Assembly (NCBI RefSeq): GCF_004010195.1
Contig: NC_057749.1
Span: 10,080,728 to 10,144,727, forward strand
DNA: 64,000 nucleotides
Origin: Chiloscyllium plagiosum
Lineage: Eukaryota
Direction of reading: 5' to 3'
Under the pieces are notes generated by a model. The model did no database searches and was not told the origin of the DNA. It worked only from the letters and a program-made list of their open reading frames with translations. Positions 63,733-64,000 of the stretch are shown piece by piece. The stretch's first letter is position 1. The number at the start of each line of letters is the position of its first letter. The position numbers were made by a program, and so were the translations under genes.

Positions 63733-63889
63733 GTGGCCAGTGGCAATCGATATGTTGGCTTCAAAGCGTATTGATGTGAAACCTTTGATCACTCATCGCT
63801 TTCCCCTGGAAGAGGCTCTCGAAGCGTTTGAAACCACAAAGAAAGGAGTGGGAATCAAAGTCATGTTGAAATGTGACCCGGACAACTAG
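63733..63889 (+). CDS. SORD: SORD-like paralog B, terminal exon 9: [51 protein letters not shown]
   Basis: cttcag|G acceptor; canonical short SORD C-terminus; TAG ends at 63889. Confidence 0.96.
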
Positions 63890-64000
63890 AGTGCCCCGAG
63901 AAAGTTGCTTCTTTTTCTGATGTGCAGGGTGCACCTTCAGTCGTAATCATTCAGGGGTCGTCCACTGACCAGTGGATAATTGTGCACATATCATTAGCGT

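Larger units (their letters stand above)
32550..63889 (+). other. SORD: Gene span: complete SORD-like paralog B, 9 coding exons, 1062 nt, 353 aa
   Basis: Exon sizes 57+34+165+160+119+66+182+122+157 join in frame with no internal stop. Catalytic Zn ligands (GICGSD, GHE), IEPLS Glu, GAGPIG and FRYC are present. Confidence 0.96.

Overview
Vertebrate genomic DNA, very likely a shark or ray (inferred from tRNA-derived HE1/V-SINE-like SINEs and CR1-type LINE tails), with two assembly gaps (33697-33913, 59445-59796). The only host genes I can support are two tandem, same-strand (+) sorbitol dehydrogenase (SORD-like) paralogs rebuilt by hand from GT-AG exons. Copy A is partial (coding exons 6-9, 607-13950). 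It is divergent, Cys-enriched and ends in a novel 49-aa Gln/Cys-rich tail with a twin CX3C motif. Copy B is complete (9 coding exons, 32550-63889, 1062 nt, 353 aa) with intact catalytic residues, probably driven by a CCAAT/CpG-rich promoter near 23.3-23.7 kb. The rest is mostly repeats: CR1 LINE fragments, about 20 SINEs, several Penelope-like elements (PLEs), three minisatellite families and a Tigger-like MITE. Many PLE ends and short palindromic TSD-flanked PLE derivatives carry minimal hammerhead-ribozyme motifs, and two such insertions lie next to SORD splice sites. Almost all ORFs in the supplied track are repeat-derived.
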